Made by a program: the position numbers and the translations under genes. The notes under the pieces were generated by a model. The model ran no database searches and was not told the origin of the DNA. It worked only from the letters and a program-made list of their open reading frames with translations. Positions 43,257-56,324 of a stretch of 64,000 nt of DNA are shown here, in pieces; within the stretch, counting starts at the first letter, position 1, and every line of letters starts with the position of its first letter. The DNA is from Eledone cirrhosa (taxonomy: Eukaryota): NCBI GenBank assembly GCA_964016885.1, contig OZ024740.1, forward strand, positions 120,218,001 through 120,282,000. Reading direction: 5' to 3'.

Positions 43257-44518
43257 ACAAGATTATATAAATGTGATAGTATTTTTGAGTGTGTAAAAAC
43301 TATGTTATCAAAGAATTGTTTCTGAGTTTCATCTTTAACTCAGAGATTTTAGGATGTTTTAACCCTTTTGTAGCCATATTTCTAATGAAAATCTGTTTGC
43401 GTTTTAATTTATTTTGAAAAAATAAAGAATTTGTAGAGGCATGGTAAAATAACTTTTTCTATTTAGCTTAGTATTTGGAACATATCTTAATGAAAGATTC
43501 ATACATAAAACTATGTATCTTTACTGACTGTATCTTTACTGACTGTATCTTTACATAAGGGCAAAAATATAAATTAGTGAATTCATTGGTGTGTCTTTGT
43601 TTGACTTATTTTTGAAGAAATAAATAATGACCAACAATATCAATGCAGCTAAATTCTAGTGCTACTTTATTACATCTGGAATAAAATAATATGTTTAATA
43701 AAGAAAAAAGAAAAAGAAAAAAAACCTCATTGAAACTATGTTAACTGACACAATGTTAAAAATATAAAATGGTGGGATATATATTTTTTTTCTGTTATTT
43801 CTTTAAAATACACTTTCATAAGTAAATTTTGCAAGCACTGGATTCAAACCTTGTTAGTATTTTCAATTTGTTGTCCAAAATAATTTTGGTGAAATTAATG
43901 TTGTGAAGAGAAGTTAAATGGAATGGAATGGAATGGTTGGATAATATGTTGAAGACGGATGAAAGTGGTTGGATAAGAAGAGTGATGTAAATAAACTTGT
44001 CACGGGGCCTGAAGCACTAGCTCCTGCTTTAGTAAGTAAAATGGTCTTAAAATGCTTGTTCTTGTTGCTCTTAAACCAAATATTAGTGTTAAGTTAGAAA
44101 CCTTTTTAGACAGATACTGAAAATGGTTTTGTTTGTTGATAATGAAATTTAAAACTATCTTTTGTTAGTAAACTTTGTGAGTGAACAATTTGGTAACATA
44201 TTCAATCAGGACTGGATTCAAACTTTGTTAGTAGTTTTAATTTGGTAGCCAATATACTTTGAGGGAGACTGATCTTTAGTTAAGTTATCAGAGATATTTT
44301 ATTTAGACAGGCATTTTATTTAAACAGACAATGGAAATGCCTTTGTTTGCAGCTAATGAAATAAAGCCAAAAGTAAGATCAGGAAAAGTACTGTAAAATT
44401 GCATCTGGAACTAGATTATCTAATGTATTATGTCATTTTAAAGATATCATATGATTTTAGGGTGGTGGGTATTTGTTGTTTTGGCAGGTTGAATGACAGT
44501 CTAAGGGTACCCTTGTTG

Positions 44519-44564
44519 GCTCAACAAACATTTCATGGCTTACAGATTTAACATCTTCAGGAAC
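44519..44564 (-). ncRNA. Degenerate hammerhead ribozyme motif
   Basis: gttc-CUGAAGA-tgttaaatctgtaagccat-GAAA-tgttt-GUU-gagc; stem II is eroded. Confidence 0.45.
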
Positions 44565-45939
44565 TTCTTCCCATCTTTCTTATTCTAGCTATTATAGCCT
44601 CAGTAAACTGCCATATCTAGTATTCATTATGTTAATAATTCAAAGGAGACAACTTGAAATTCTGAGTAAGAGGGATATGTTTTAACTGTTACTTTTACTT
44701 GGAGAATCACATTTGATCAGTAGCATTTGCAGATTTTAATGAATTGTGGTGTTTGCATTTAAACTGAACAAAACAAAAATATCTTGATGATTAGATTAGA
44801 ATTTACCATAATTAATTTTTGAGGAAAACATATTAGTTTCTATACATCACTGAACCTACACCTATATTTTTGTGATGATCACCACCTTCCCCATAATCTT
44901 AATAAGATATTAATCCAAACAAAAATTGTTTTAGAAAAAGAATTTATTCAGATAGAAAACAAATAATGTCATATAGTACATTTTATATTGAATCTTATTA
45001 AAAAACACCTTATCTCCTGGAACACCAGAATATTTGCATGGAACTTACTTTGGGAAATACTAATCTTGAAAAACTACTTTCAAATATAATACTGACCAAA
45101 AAAATAATGATGTCTATTAAATTATTCTCAACGACAGTGAAGAGAATAATTCCAACTAAGGAAAAGTGTGTGAACTGTTTCTTTATTTCATGTTTTTGCT
45201 ATGATTTTTAAAACAAAAGAGAATGTAATTTTGAATATATCAATTAAATCAGGACACAGGCATTGTTAAATCATCATGAATTTCAATACCAAATAATAAG
45301 TTTCTGATTTTGATGCTGTTGTATGCTATCTTGAAGTGACATTTACCAAAGCCTTGGTTTAACTCAAACTTTTTGAGTGAAATAAGGTAGAGAGAAACTA
45401 ATTGGAAGCCCATTGAATAGACTGTACTTTTAATTCAAAGGGACAGCCTTGACACACACCATGTCAACTGAATCTTCCTGAGAATTATATTGTAGTTAGT
45501 AATATCTGTAGAATGCTTAGCAACATTTATGTTAATTACACAAGCAGATTGTGCTATTGATCACTTATTAACAACGGCAATGGTTGTCCATAACATTTCC
45601 CATAATTAAACAAAAACCAAACAAAGAGGACAACAACAACAATCTCTAGCTATAAAAAAAAACTAAAGACTGAGGTCAAATAATTCAAATTTGTAATACC
45701 GTTTGTATATAATCTGTTTCAAATAATTAAACAAACTTTACTATATGTTCTGAACATATTTTCCCTCTTTTGTAGAGAGAGAAAACATGTGTTGTGATTT
45801 ATAAGCATAATTCTGAAAGTGCTTAATACAAGCTTTCATTGTAATATTTATCAGGTGTTCTGTATTATGGTATACTAGCAGTTGTAATATAGTTAAAAGG
45901 TTTATGTGATATACATACATATATATATATATATATATA

Positions 45940-46795
45940 CTAGCAGCAGTACCCAGTGTGACGAAGGAGCATGCTGAGGGAGGTAATGACTTCTAACACT
46001 AAGCCAAATTTCCTCACGCTACTTGATTGGAAACCGATGAATTCTCAAATAAACAACTAAAAGCTTAGACGATGTCAGTGGCCATCGTTTTGCCTTTGAC
46101 CATCTATATGATGTACAATAATAGGTTCTATCGTAGTATAAAAGTTGAACCAAATAAATTGATTTATGTGTGAGGTGGGGCTGAAGTTTAGAATTTGAAC
46201 GAAATCGGTTGAAAAATGTGGGAGCTAGAGCCGAAAAGGCGGAAATTTGAGCGAAAAGGTGGTATTTTCGAATATTTAAGCGGCTACCACGCCATTCCTG
46301 AACAAAAAATCAAAAATGTAAAGCCACTTTAAGACGTGAAATAATCAGATCTAGTGTAGTGTAAAATTTGAACAAAGTAGGTTGATTAATGTGGGAGCTA
46401 GTGGAAATTTGAGTCTAAAAGTGGTATTTTTCAATATTTAAGTGGTTGCCACGCCGTCCCTGAACAACAAATGCAAGATATAAAGACATTACAGGATGTG
46501 CAATGATAAATTCTATTTTTCTTTAAATTTTGAACGAAATCGGTGGCAAAATGTGGGAGCTAGAGCCAAAAATCTTATTTTTTTATACCTAAAAAAAGGT
46601 CCCCCCCCCAATCGATTTTTATCTGCAGAATGACCCCGGAATAAAAAAAAAAACGATACGCTGATATATAGAAAACACTCCCCGATGACTAATCTATGAG
46701 CCTGTAAAGTTTCATGAAAATCGGTCGTAAGACGTAGGCCCCTATAGGTAATACACAGATACACACACACTTAATTTTATATATATAAATACAGA
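45940..46795 (-). mobile_element. Non-autonomous Helitron (same family as 5494-6293)
   Basis: TC 5' end at 46795, CTAG|T 3' end at 45940, and shared internal repeats. Confidence 0.8.
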
Positions 46796-46807
46796 TATGT
46801 ATATAAT

Positions 46808-47181
46808 TGTTGGTAGTTTGGCAGTAACGGTAGAGGGTCGGACAACATGCTTTGTAGCACAGATCTGAGTTCAAATCCTGCCGAGGTTAACTTTGCCTTT
46901 CATCCTTACGGGGTCGATAAAATAAAGTACCAGTAATGTACTGTGTAATTTGCTGGCCTTGTGCCAAAAGTAGAAACAATTATGTATATAATTGTTTCTA
47001 CTTCTGGCACAAGGCCAGAAATTACCCAGTGCATTACTGGTACTTTATTTTATCGACCCCCGTAACGATGAAAGCAAAGTTAACCTTGGCGGGATTTGAA
47101 CTCAGAAAGGCAAGGGCCGTAACTCTATGCGTCAAAGTATGGCGTCCGACCCTCTACCAATATTGCCAATCCACTGCCCAT
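46808..47181. mobile_element. Tail-to-tail pair of SINE family A
   Basis: Plus copy at about 46808-46980 and minus copy at about 46993-47181. Confidence 0.85.
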
Positions 47182-47311
47182 TATGTATATAATAGATATT
47201 AACTTTATTCAAAAGAAAATAACTTCATGAAACTTAAACATTTACAGGTGGAACCATAGCAACAACAGGTACAAGTAGAAATTGCAAAGTTGCTGTCGAT
47301 ATTATTAGATA

Positions 47312-47500
47312 AGGTGGATTGGCAGTATCGGTACAGGGTCGGACGCCATGCTTTGACGCATAGAGTTGCGGCCCTTACCATACGGAGTTCAAATCCCTCC
47401 GAGGTTAACTTTATCTTTCATCCTTACGGGTCGATAAAATGAAGTACCAGAAATGCAATGGGCAATTGCTGGCCTTGTGCCAAAAGTAGAAACAATTATT
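47312..47500 (+). mobile_element. SINE family A
   Basis: Matches the consensus. Confidence 0.85.
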
Positions 47501-48159
47501 AAATATGTATGTTCCTTGGCAACTTTGAATTCATTTTACTAGTGTTACTCAATTAACTGCAGACATGTTGAAGTATAATCTTCAAATAATTATACCTGTT
47601 GTTTGCCCTGATGCAAAAGCAAATTGGGCCCTTGTAGGATTTTAACTTAATACTCAGTAATGAATTAGCAGAAATTATTTCAAAATAAGTTTGTTAACTC
47701 AAATGCTTATAGTATCTTCATTAGTAGACAGATCTTTGCAAACATTTTTAGTATTTGAATAAATATGTTAATAGTGTATGTGCTGCTATCATAGTACTGG
47801 TTTTTCTTTCAAAATCTTCTTGCTAACGCATTTTCATGTGGTACAGTACATTCTGAAAACTTAAGAAAATGTAGCATGGGATTGAACTCCAAACATAACA
47901 CAACACAAGGTTTGATTATTGTTTCTGTCATCCACTAATGTTGAGAACCAAAACAATGAAGCTGTTTAAAATATTAACACTTTAAACCCACTCAACTTAT
48001 GAACCCAAGCCTAGTTTTATGCATAAACATCACCGATAAATATATATGTCACTTGCACCTGAGGAAATATGACATCATATTTCTTCAACTGAAACTGATA
48101 AAAAAAACAGCAAAACTAAAAAACTATTTATAGTTATGTATACAATATACTATAAATAA

Positions 48160-49625
48160 CAGATGAAAGAATGGTATTTAAGTAATGTATTGGTACGTGA
48201 TGGGGCCCACCCACAGACACGGCGGTCAGAATGGAGAAAGCGTTTCCCTGGAGGATGGCAAGGGAGACGCGCTGGAAAAGCCACTCCAACTCGCGGGGCT
48301 CACACCTGCGGCTGGCCAGCTCAGCACCTATGGTGGTGAGTAAGGAGGTAGCCCTGGGGCCAAGGACACCAGAAGTCTCCACTGCCAGGGGAACGACCGC
48401 AAACCTGTCGGAGAGCGAGCGTTATTTGAGGAGTTTGGCCCCCTCAGCCCGATGTGCTGCAGAATCTGGGTCAGTTACAGACTGCACCAGGTTGCGGCTG
48501 CAGAAAGTGTCAGTGCAAGTGGCATCCCAAACAAGGGGTTTGCCACCGCGGAACGGGAAGATGGTCATGCCATCTGGCCTTTTTGCCGTCCCCTCGATCC
48601 AGCCCCACCGGCTTGAGCTGGGAAGCGAAGCCTGCAGCATCAAAGCCATGCTTAATTACCTCGTTGAGGGCAGCATGGCATGGAATATGGCTGGCACTGT
48701 GGCGACAGGAAAGCAGGTGGAGGCCAGAAGAGTCCACGGTGGAACTGCAGCGACATTGGTGTGGCTGGCAGATCTGGAGGCCGAGCCTCAGGGAAACGCC
48801 GATTCGCAGGCTATGGTTGTCTAGCTGCGTGCCAGTGGAGAAGGAGGGCAGCGCATGGAGCCAGGCACCACTGTGGGGTCTGGAGGCAGCACGAAAACAA
48901 GTAAGGCAGTGCTGGTCGAGCTGGCGCGTGAGCCTGTCTGTGGCCAGGCTGCACTGGATGGCATCCCAAGTGCGTTGGGGGAACTTGACATCAACAAGGG
49001 GAGAAGGAGGAGGGACGTCTACTGGGCTAAGTCCCAGCCAGTCCCACGTCTCACAGGCGGCCTCACGTTCTCTGAATACAGAGGGTTCTGTTGTGTTTTG
49101 AAGAACCCTGCTGACGGGAGCGGCACGAAAGATACGCCGGCAAAGCTAGTGAGATTGGGGACTGGAGGCCAAGGCCGCCATACCTGACCGGTAAAGTGGC
49201 CTGTTGCCACCCTATGTCGTCAAACTTGACGTTGCATATCCCCTCGGCTGCTGCTTGGATACAAGTATCAAGGTCAGCGAGGAGAGATGTCTGGGTGTAG
49301 CATGGAGCGCTGCGGAGTGTAAAGAGGAGCTTCGGCATGGCGAAGCAGTTCCTCAGCAGAAAGTGAACTGGGTGGCCGTCAATCAAGCCCAGTCGGCTCG
49401 TGAGAGTCTGGAGCTATTGAAGCCTGGACCTGATGGCGGAGCGGATGTCTGGCGGGTGGATCGGTGACGCGAGGATGAGGACATCCTTTTTGGGGGTCAC
49501 CTGAACCTGGCGGAGAATGGACCGAACGTCCAAGACGGAGGCTGCAAAGCTCGTAGCATCGACACTGACGTTCACCAACTCCGACTTGGCCGAGTTGACG
49601 TGGAGGCCGATTCCCGCCAGGACTC
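48160..49625 (-). mobile_element. CRE-like non-LTR retrotransposon 3' part (RT end, Zn knuckle, restriction-like endonuclease)
   Basis: WQQATLPVRYGGLGL, GLHLLSC, RPDG..PF.GGKPLVWDATC, ETSGVLGP and FQRVSLAILQGNA motifs; frameshifted; GC-rich relative to the flanks. Confidence 0.8.
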
Positions 49626-50611
49626 AGTCTGACTTTACAAAACTTGAGTGTTTTAAACCAGGAATGGGGGCTCTCCTTAACCACTAATGCTATAACAATG
49701 AAACTTAATACAAGTATAGACCATTGATAGGCAGACATCAAAACCAAAATTCCAGGCTAGCAGTTTAAGTTTTAAAAAGACTGAGTGGAATACAATTACA
49801 ATAAGAAAGGAGATCATTAGTAATTTGGGGAATACTTTAACCCTTTTCATCACAACTCCTCTGAAACCAGCACTCGTTCTATGTTGAAAAACCATTAATT
49901 TAAAAATGTTTATATTTACATCTAAACATTCAATTATAATTTTTGTACAACCTTTTTTTATATTATAATTACCAACTTAATGAGCTAGTTAATTATTTTA
50001 CTAAATCCCTCTAATTATTTATTTTAAAGCTTAATTGAAACATCATAATGTCTTTCATTACAAATATGTTTGCGAGTCGGTTAAAGAAAAAGAATGCATT
50101 CTAAATGAAATAATTCCTGAGTCAGGATGTCTATTATGTACACTGTTGTAATTATTATGAAATAATATTGATAATATTGATAAATAATATTAATAATCAC
50201 AATTGTGATTATTAATATTATTTCATCATCATTACTTTTGAGATTATAAAATTGATACAGGAAGCAAATAATGTAGCTCTCACCACAGAGATTTGATTGG
50301 ATATAAATGTTTAAAAAGACAAAATAATATATTCATATTTTCTTATTATTGAATACACAAACCGTTTCACTAATATATAATCCTGCAGTTATAGTTTGCG
50401 ACCGTATTTCTAGCGGAAAACTCTATTTCAATTACTCATTAAATAATTTTAAAGGATTTACTAAAATCATAACCTATTTCATTAACAATATAGGAATGTA
50501 ACATATGGGTCTTGCTGGGCTGGGCTGACATCAAAAGTGTTTCTATTTAATAAAAGCATTCCAACAATTTTATATAAGAAGCATATATTAATTTACTATG
50601 CTATCAATGAA

Positions 50612-51122
50612 ATAATTGTTTCTACTTTTTGGCTCAAGGCCAGCAATTACCCAGCGCATTACTGGTACTTTATTTTATCGACCCCGTAAGGATGAAAGGC
50701 AAAGTTAACTTCGGCGGGATGTGAACTCAGATCATAAAGGGAGGTAACTCTATGCTTCAAAGCATGGCGTCTGACCCTCTACCGATACTGACAATCCACC
50801 AATTATAGTAAACCCCACAAAATATCTGAAATAAAGTGCATTTTATTTGTGACTTGCATTACATCAGGGGTGGGTGAGTTAGCTGTATAAAATTTCTTCA
50901 TTTTAAGTGCTCTTAAAAGATTTTAATTATTGCGGTGGATTGGCAGTATCGGTAGAGGGTCGGACACTATGCTTTGACATATAGAGTTACGCCCCTTGCC
51001 ATTCCGAGTTCTAATCGTGCCGAGGTTAACTTTGCCTTTCATCCTTACGGGGTCGATAAAATAAAGTACAGTAATGCACTGGGTGATTGTTGGCCTTGAG
51101 CCAAAAGTAGAAACAGTTATTA
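50612..51122. mobile_element. Head-to-head pair of SINE family A
   Basis: Minus copy at 50612-50800 and plus copy at 50930-51122. Confidence 0.85.
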
Positions 51123-51202
51123 TTATAACTAGGAATACTACTTTCACCTTGATAATATAGATTGATGCTGATTTCATTCCTAGTATATATATATATATAT
51201 AT

Positions 51203-51705
51203 ACAGGTTGGAAGAAGTTTAGGGAGCTGCTTCCTCTGTTGACAAAGAAGGTTTTCTCCCTGCGTATGAAAGGAGGGTTACATGATGCCGATGCGTGGTG
51301 TTGCATGGTAGTGAGACATGGGCAGCCACTGCAGAAGATATGCAACGGCTGGAGAGAAATGAAGCAAATATGCTCCGTTGGATGTGCAATGTCAATGTGC
51401 GTGAAAGAAACTGGGTATAAGAGGGATAAGTTGTGGTGTGCAGGAGAGAAGGCTGAGATGGTATGGACATGTGATGCGCATGGAGGATGACATGGGTGAA
51501 GAAGTGCCAGGAAGTCCCAGTGGAGGGAAGACGCAGTAGAGGTAGACCACGAAAAACATGGGCGGAGGTGGTGAGAGCAGACCTCAGATTGCTGAAACTC
51601 ACCGAGGAGATGACAAAGGACCGTGACAAGTGGAGAGATGCTGTGTTGAATAGGACCCGTCCAACCCTTGCAAGCATAAAATGATGATGATGGTGATAAT
51701 GATGA
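51203..51705 (+). mobile_element. RTE LINE 3' fragment
   Basis: [12 protein letters not shown]...GRPRKTW, followed by a (GAT)n tail. Confidence 0.8.
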
Positions 51706-51709
51706 TAAA

Positions 51710-54700
51710 TATATATGTGTGTGCACATACATATATATACATATATTCACATATACAGATGCACACACACACACACACACATATACACATATATACACAC
51801 ACACATACATTAATAACAATAATAATAATAATAATAATAACAACAATAATAATAACGACAACAACAATAATAATATACATATACATATATATATACACAC
51901 ACACGCACACACATAAGCATATCTACACACACACACACACACACGATAGCAACTAACAGCGCTGCGATCGAATGTGGCTTTTTAGCCCAGCCAATGATCT
52001 AAAATGTCTTGCACAGAGTCGGCAACCAAAACATTCACTGGGAATAGTCGGCTGTGGTTGGAGTTCGTGTACTTTTGCATGTCGCTTGAGCCCTCCTGCT
52101 GATTTACATTCTCTACCACATGTTTGGCAAGCATGATGAGTAGCATCTCCAACAGCAGCCTGGTAGTCAACCACTGGTCTTACTTTATGACTGCGAAGAT
52201 GACTTTCGAGTCCAGCTTTGCTTAGGCAGAGTCTCGCACAGACGCTGCATGTCAGCACCATAGGAGGACCCTCACCGTCTGGAAGTGCAACAGCAATGCC
52301 CTTCCTCACATCCCGCTTTACTTTCTCGTATGCGATTCGAGATGCCTCAAAGGCAACTTGACCCTCATATACAGTCTTTCTCCATTTATTACGATCAGCA
52401 GCAATATTTTCCCATGTATCAGCAGAGATGTTAGCATCTTTCAGAGAGGCTTTCAAGGAATCCTTATACCTCTTTTTTGGTTTATGTGGCGGTCGTTTTC
52501 CTTTAACCAACTCTCCATAGAAGAGTTGTTTTTGTATTCTAGAATCCTTCATCCTGGCAAGGTGACCACTCCAATGGAGTCGTTACTTAAGCACAAGAGC
52601 TTCTATACTGTCACACATAGAGCTTTCCAAAATCTCGACATCACTAATGTGGTCCCTCCAGTGAACGCCATGGATCCGTCTGAGACACATCTGATGGAAA
52701 CGCTCCAATTGCTTAAGGTGGTGTCGATATGTGACCCAGGTCTCGCAGGTATAAAGAAGACAAGAGAGTACACATGCCCTGTACACCTTCACCTTTGTCC
52801 TCCTGCATATGTCTCGCCGACCCCAGAGTCGCCTTTCTAGCTTTCCGAAAGCATCACTTGCTTTCCTAATCCTAAGTGAGATTTCACTGTCAAGGTTGCC
52901 GTATCGATTGACAGTGCTTCCCAGGTAGACAAACTGATCAACCACTCCAAATCGTTTGCCATACACATAGATGTTTGGTTCAGTGTACTGCTTACTAGGA
53001 GCAGGTTGGTACATGACGACGGTTTTCTTGAGACTGACAGTCAAACCCAGGGCAGTGCAAGCGTCAGAAAATGCATTCAAAATGTGCTGCATATCACTCT
53101 CTGTGTGCGCTACAAGATTGCAATCATCTGCATACAAGAGGTCTCTTATGATTGATGTAAATACTTTTGTCTTCGCAGCAAAGCACCTGATGTTAAATAT
53201 GCTGCCTGAGGTTCGATATCGGATGTAAACACCATGCTCGCAATTCCTGAATGCAATACAGAAAACCATTGCAAAGTATATGGCAAACAGGGTCGGTGCT
53301 GGAATATCCCCCTGTTTCACTCCATTTTTTACTGAGATAGGCTCCGACATGTTACCTCCGACATTAACCCAAGCATTCATGTCGTCATGTAAAGACCTAA
53401 CTAAAGCAAGGAACTTATCAGGGCAACCAAGTTTCTGGAGAACCTTCCATAATGCCTCTCTGTTGACAGTATCGAAAGCCTTTGTCAGATCGACAAAAAC
53501 CTGATACAGATCCAAGCCTTGTTCAATGCACTTCTCCTGGAGCTGTCTAGCTGAGAAGATCATATCAGTAGTGCCGCGTCCAGCACGAAAACCAGATTGA
53601 CTTTCAGGAAGAACACAATCTGCAATGTGTGTCAGCAGACAGTCCAGAAGCACCCTACATAAAACTTTCCCTACGACAGAAAGGAATGATATACCTCTGT
53701 AGTTCCCACAATCATTCTTGTTACACTTTCCCTTGTACAAGACCACCATTACTGCATCTCTCCAGTCCTCAGGTACGGATTCATTAGCCCATATCCTTCC
53801 AAACAAAGAGTGCAAATGTTGCAGGAGTCTCTCACCACCATATTATAGGAGCTCAGCATGTATGCCATCCATACCTGGAGATCTTCCACTGTTCAGCTTC
53901 GAAATAGCCACTGCAACCTCCATAGGCGTTGGAGGTTCTGTGAGAGCTACTTTCACAGGACTTTCTGGAATGAGATTGAGGAAATCTTCACTGACGACAG
54001 ACCGCTGATTCAAAAGATCATCAAAGTGCTCTCGCCACCTTCGTAGAATTCCCTGTGAGTCACGAAGAAGTTCTTTGCCATCCTTGCTGCGAAGCAGTGT
54101 CACCAGAGAAGAAGACGGTCCATAAACCTCACGCAAGAGACTGTACAACAGCTTTGTGTTATTGGAATCAGACGCAGTTTGTATCTCACCAGCCTTCTCA
54201 CTCCACCACTGATCCTTCATCTGAGAAAGACTCCGCCTAACATGTGATTTTACATCCCTGAGCTCCTCATGCAACGTATTCCTCTCCTGTGGTTTTGCCG
54301 TCAAGTAGCGTGACAGAGCACGCCTCTTATCAGCCAACAAGTCTTCTATATGTACATCATTCTCATTAAACCAGTCCTGATGTTTTCTCTGCACCAATCC
54401 CAGAAACCGACTTTTTAAGGGTCGGCCAATCCTCACCAAGATCTGCAGCCTGCATCTCTTCTTCCAATGTCCTCTTCACATTTTTATCCTTAAGACGAGC
54501 AGCATTCAATCTTTTGGGCAGGGGCCCGGATTTTACGTTTGGTGATTAGTTTCACTTTTGCGCGTACCAGGCGGTGGTCCGTCCAGCACTCAGCTCCACG
54601 AAGAACACGAACACACTGCACATCCTGTCTGTCACGCATCCTGACTAGGACGTAGTCCAAAAGATGCCATTCCTTAGATGCAGGATGCATCCATGTGGTC

Positions 54701-55835
54701 TTGAATTTGTTCTTTTGTTGGAACATGGTGTTGGTAACACACAGATCCAGCTCCTCACACATCTGCAGCAGGAGCATACCATTGCTGTTACACTTTCCCA
54801 CCCCATGCCTTCCGATTACATTCCATGTGTTAAAATCCCTACCCACTCTAGCATTAAAGTCACCAAGCACGATGACTTTGTCTGCCTGAGGGATATTTCT
54901 TAAAACACCTTTCAAGGCATGGTAAAAGAACAGTTTTTCTTCATCGACAGAATTCATAGTTGGAGCATACACACTCACCAGGGTAACATATCTTTCTTTG
55001 TCCAGCGGAACTCTCATGGACATAAGATGCTCACTAATCCCTACTGGGAATTCTTCTACTTTATTCACAAGTACAGTCTTAACAGCAAATCCTACCCCAG
55101 CCTCTCTTCTGGTTCCTTCATCTCTTCCTTTCCAGAAGAATGTATATTCTCCACAAAATTCCGTAAGATGACCATCTCCAGCTAGCCTCGTCTCAGATAA
55201 AACCACGATGTCAAGATCGTAACGTCAAAGCTCCTTTGCAACAAGAGCGGTCCTTCGTTCAGGACGCTCCAAGGAATCCCTGTCAAGCAGCGTCCGTACG
55301 TTCCAGCAGCCAAGACTAAATGCCTTGTTTGGCTCTATTACAATGGCACGATGATGAGCGGGCCCAGGCTGTGATAACTTGGGGCCCCTGCCCTTATTGC
55401 CAATGATCTTTTTTGTTCCAGAACCTAAATTGCCAATTATCTATTTTACATTGTTCTGGAACATCATTGAATTTGAAAAAAAAAAAAAAAAAAAAAAATA
55501 ATAATAGTAATAATAATAATAATAATAGTAGTACACTATTAATAATTATTAATGCACTCGTGCAATGCCTGTGCGTGACGAATATTTTTAAAGTGAGAAA
55601 AGACTGTGCACTGAGCCAATCCCACTCTCTGAGCGACAGTAGCTATAACCCGAAAAGAAGAAAAGATCAACATCATCGGTAACTACTGAGCCGCAGGTTT
55701 TATATCGGAGTTAACCCAGTTTCCTGAGATGCCTTCTCCTATAAGAATGCCCTGACAAGGGCTAGGGGTTCTTCACTCCCAGTGGTTTAACTGCGCGATC
55801 GGGCATCCAGCCCGATTATTTCTATGTCCCCGCGC
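51710..55835 (-). mobile_element. Near full-length RTE LINE: 5' UTR, APE endonuclease, RT, three C2H2 fingers
   Basis: GCWNVRTL, LSETR, GDFNA, LDY and TDH (APE); DLTKAFD, KQG, YADD and YLGS (RT); three CxxC..H fingers. A few stops and a deletion or frameshift near 54440-54490. Confidence 0.92.
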
Positions 55836-56266
55836 AAAAAAAAAAAAAAAAAAAAAAAAAACTCACTTATTGACACTTATACGTACGACATACACACACA
55901 CGCATACAGATGTGCGCACACAGCAACACATACATACAAACAAACACACACACACGCTACTCTACTCACACGCACACACACATATATATATATATATATA
56001 TTACCGTCATTACTGATACAAGATTACAAGATTATGTCAACTGTTGACTTTCAAGAGTTTGTATAGTTGAAGCCGATCGTATTACAGTCCAGTATTATTA
56101 TAATTGCTTTACAGCATAGAGTTATGGCTCCCCACGCTCTAAGCTCAAATCACACCGAGATCAACCCTGCCCTTCATCCCCACGGAGTCAACAAAAGAGA
56201 GCACATATATATATATATACATACATACATATATATATATATATACATACATATATATTTACATAC

Positions 56267-56303
<37 letters not shown>

Positions 56304-56324
56304 AGCAGAAAGGATATTCAATTT

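Noticed and set aside
48050-48100. CTGAGGA...GAAA motif
   Set aside because: The core is sequestered in a simple 12-bp hairpin and the spacing to GAAA is wrong.
48231-49187. Plus-strand ORFs of 197, 215 and 110 aa
   Set aside because: Antisense shadows of the GC-rich CRE-like element.
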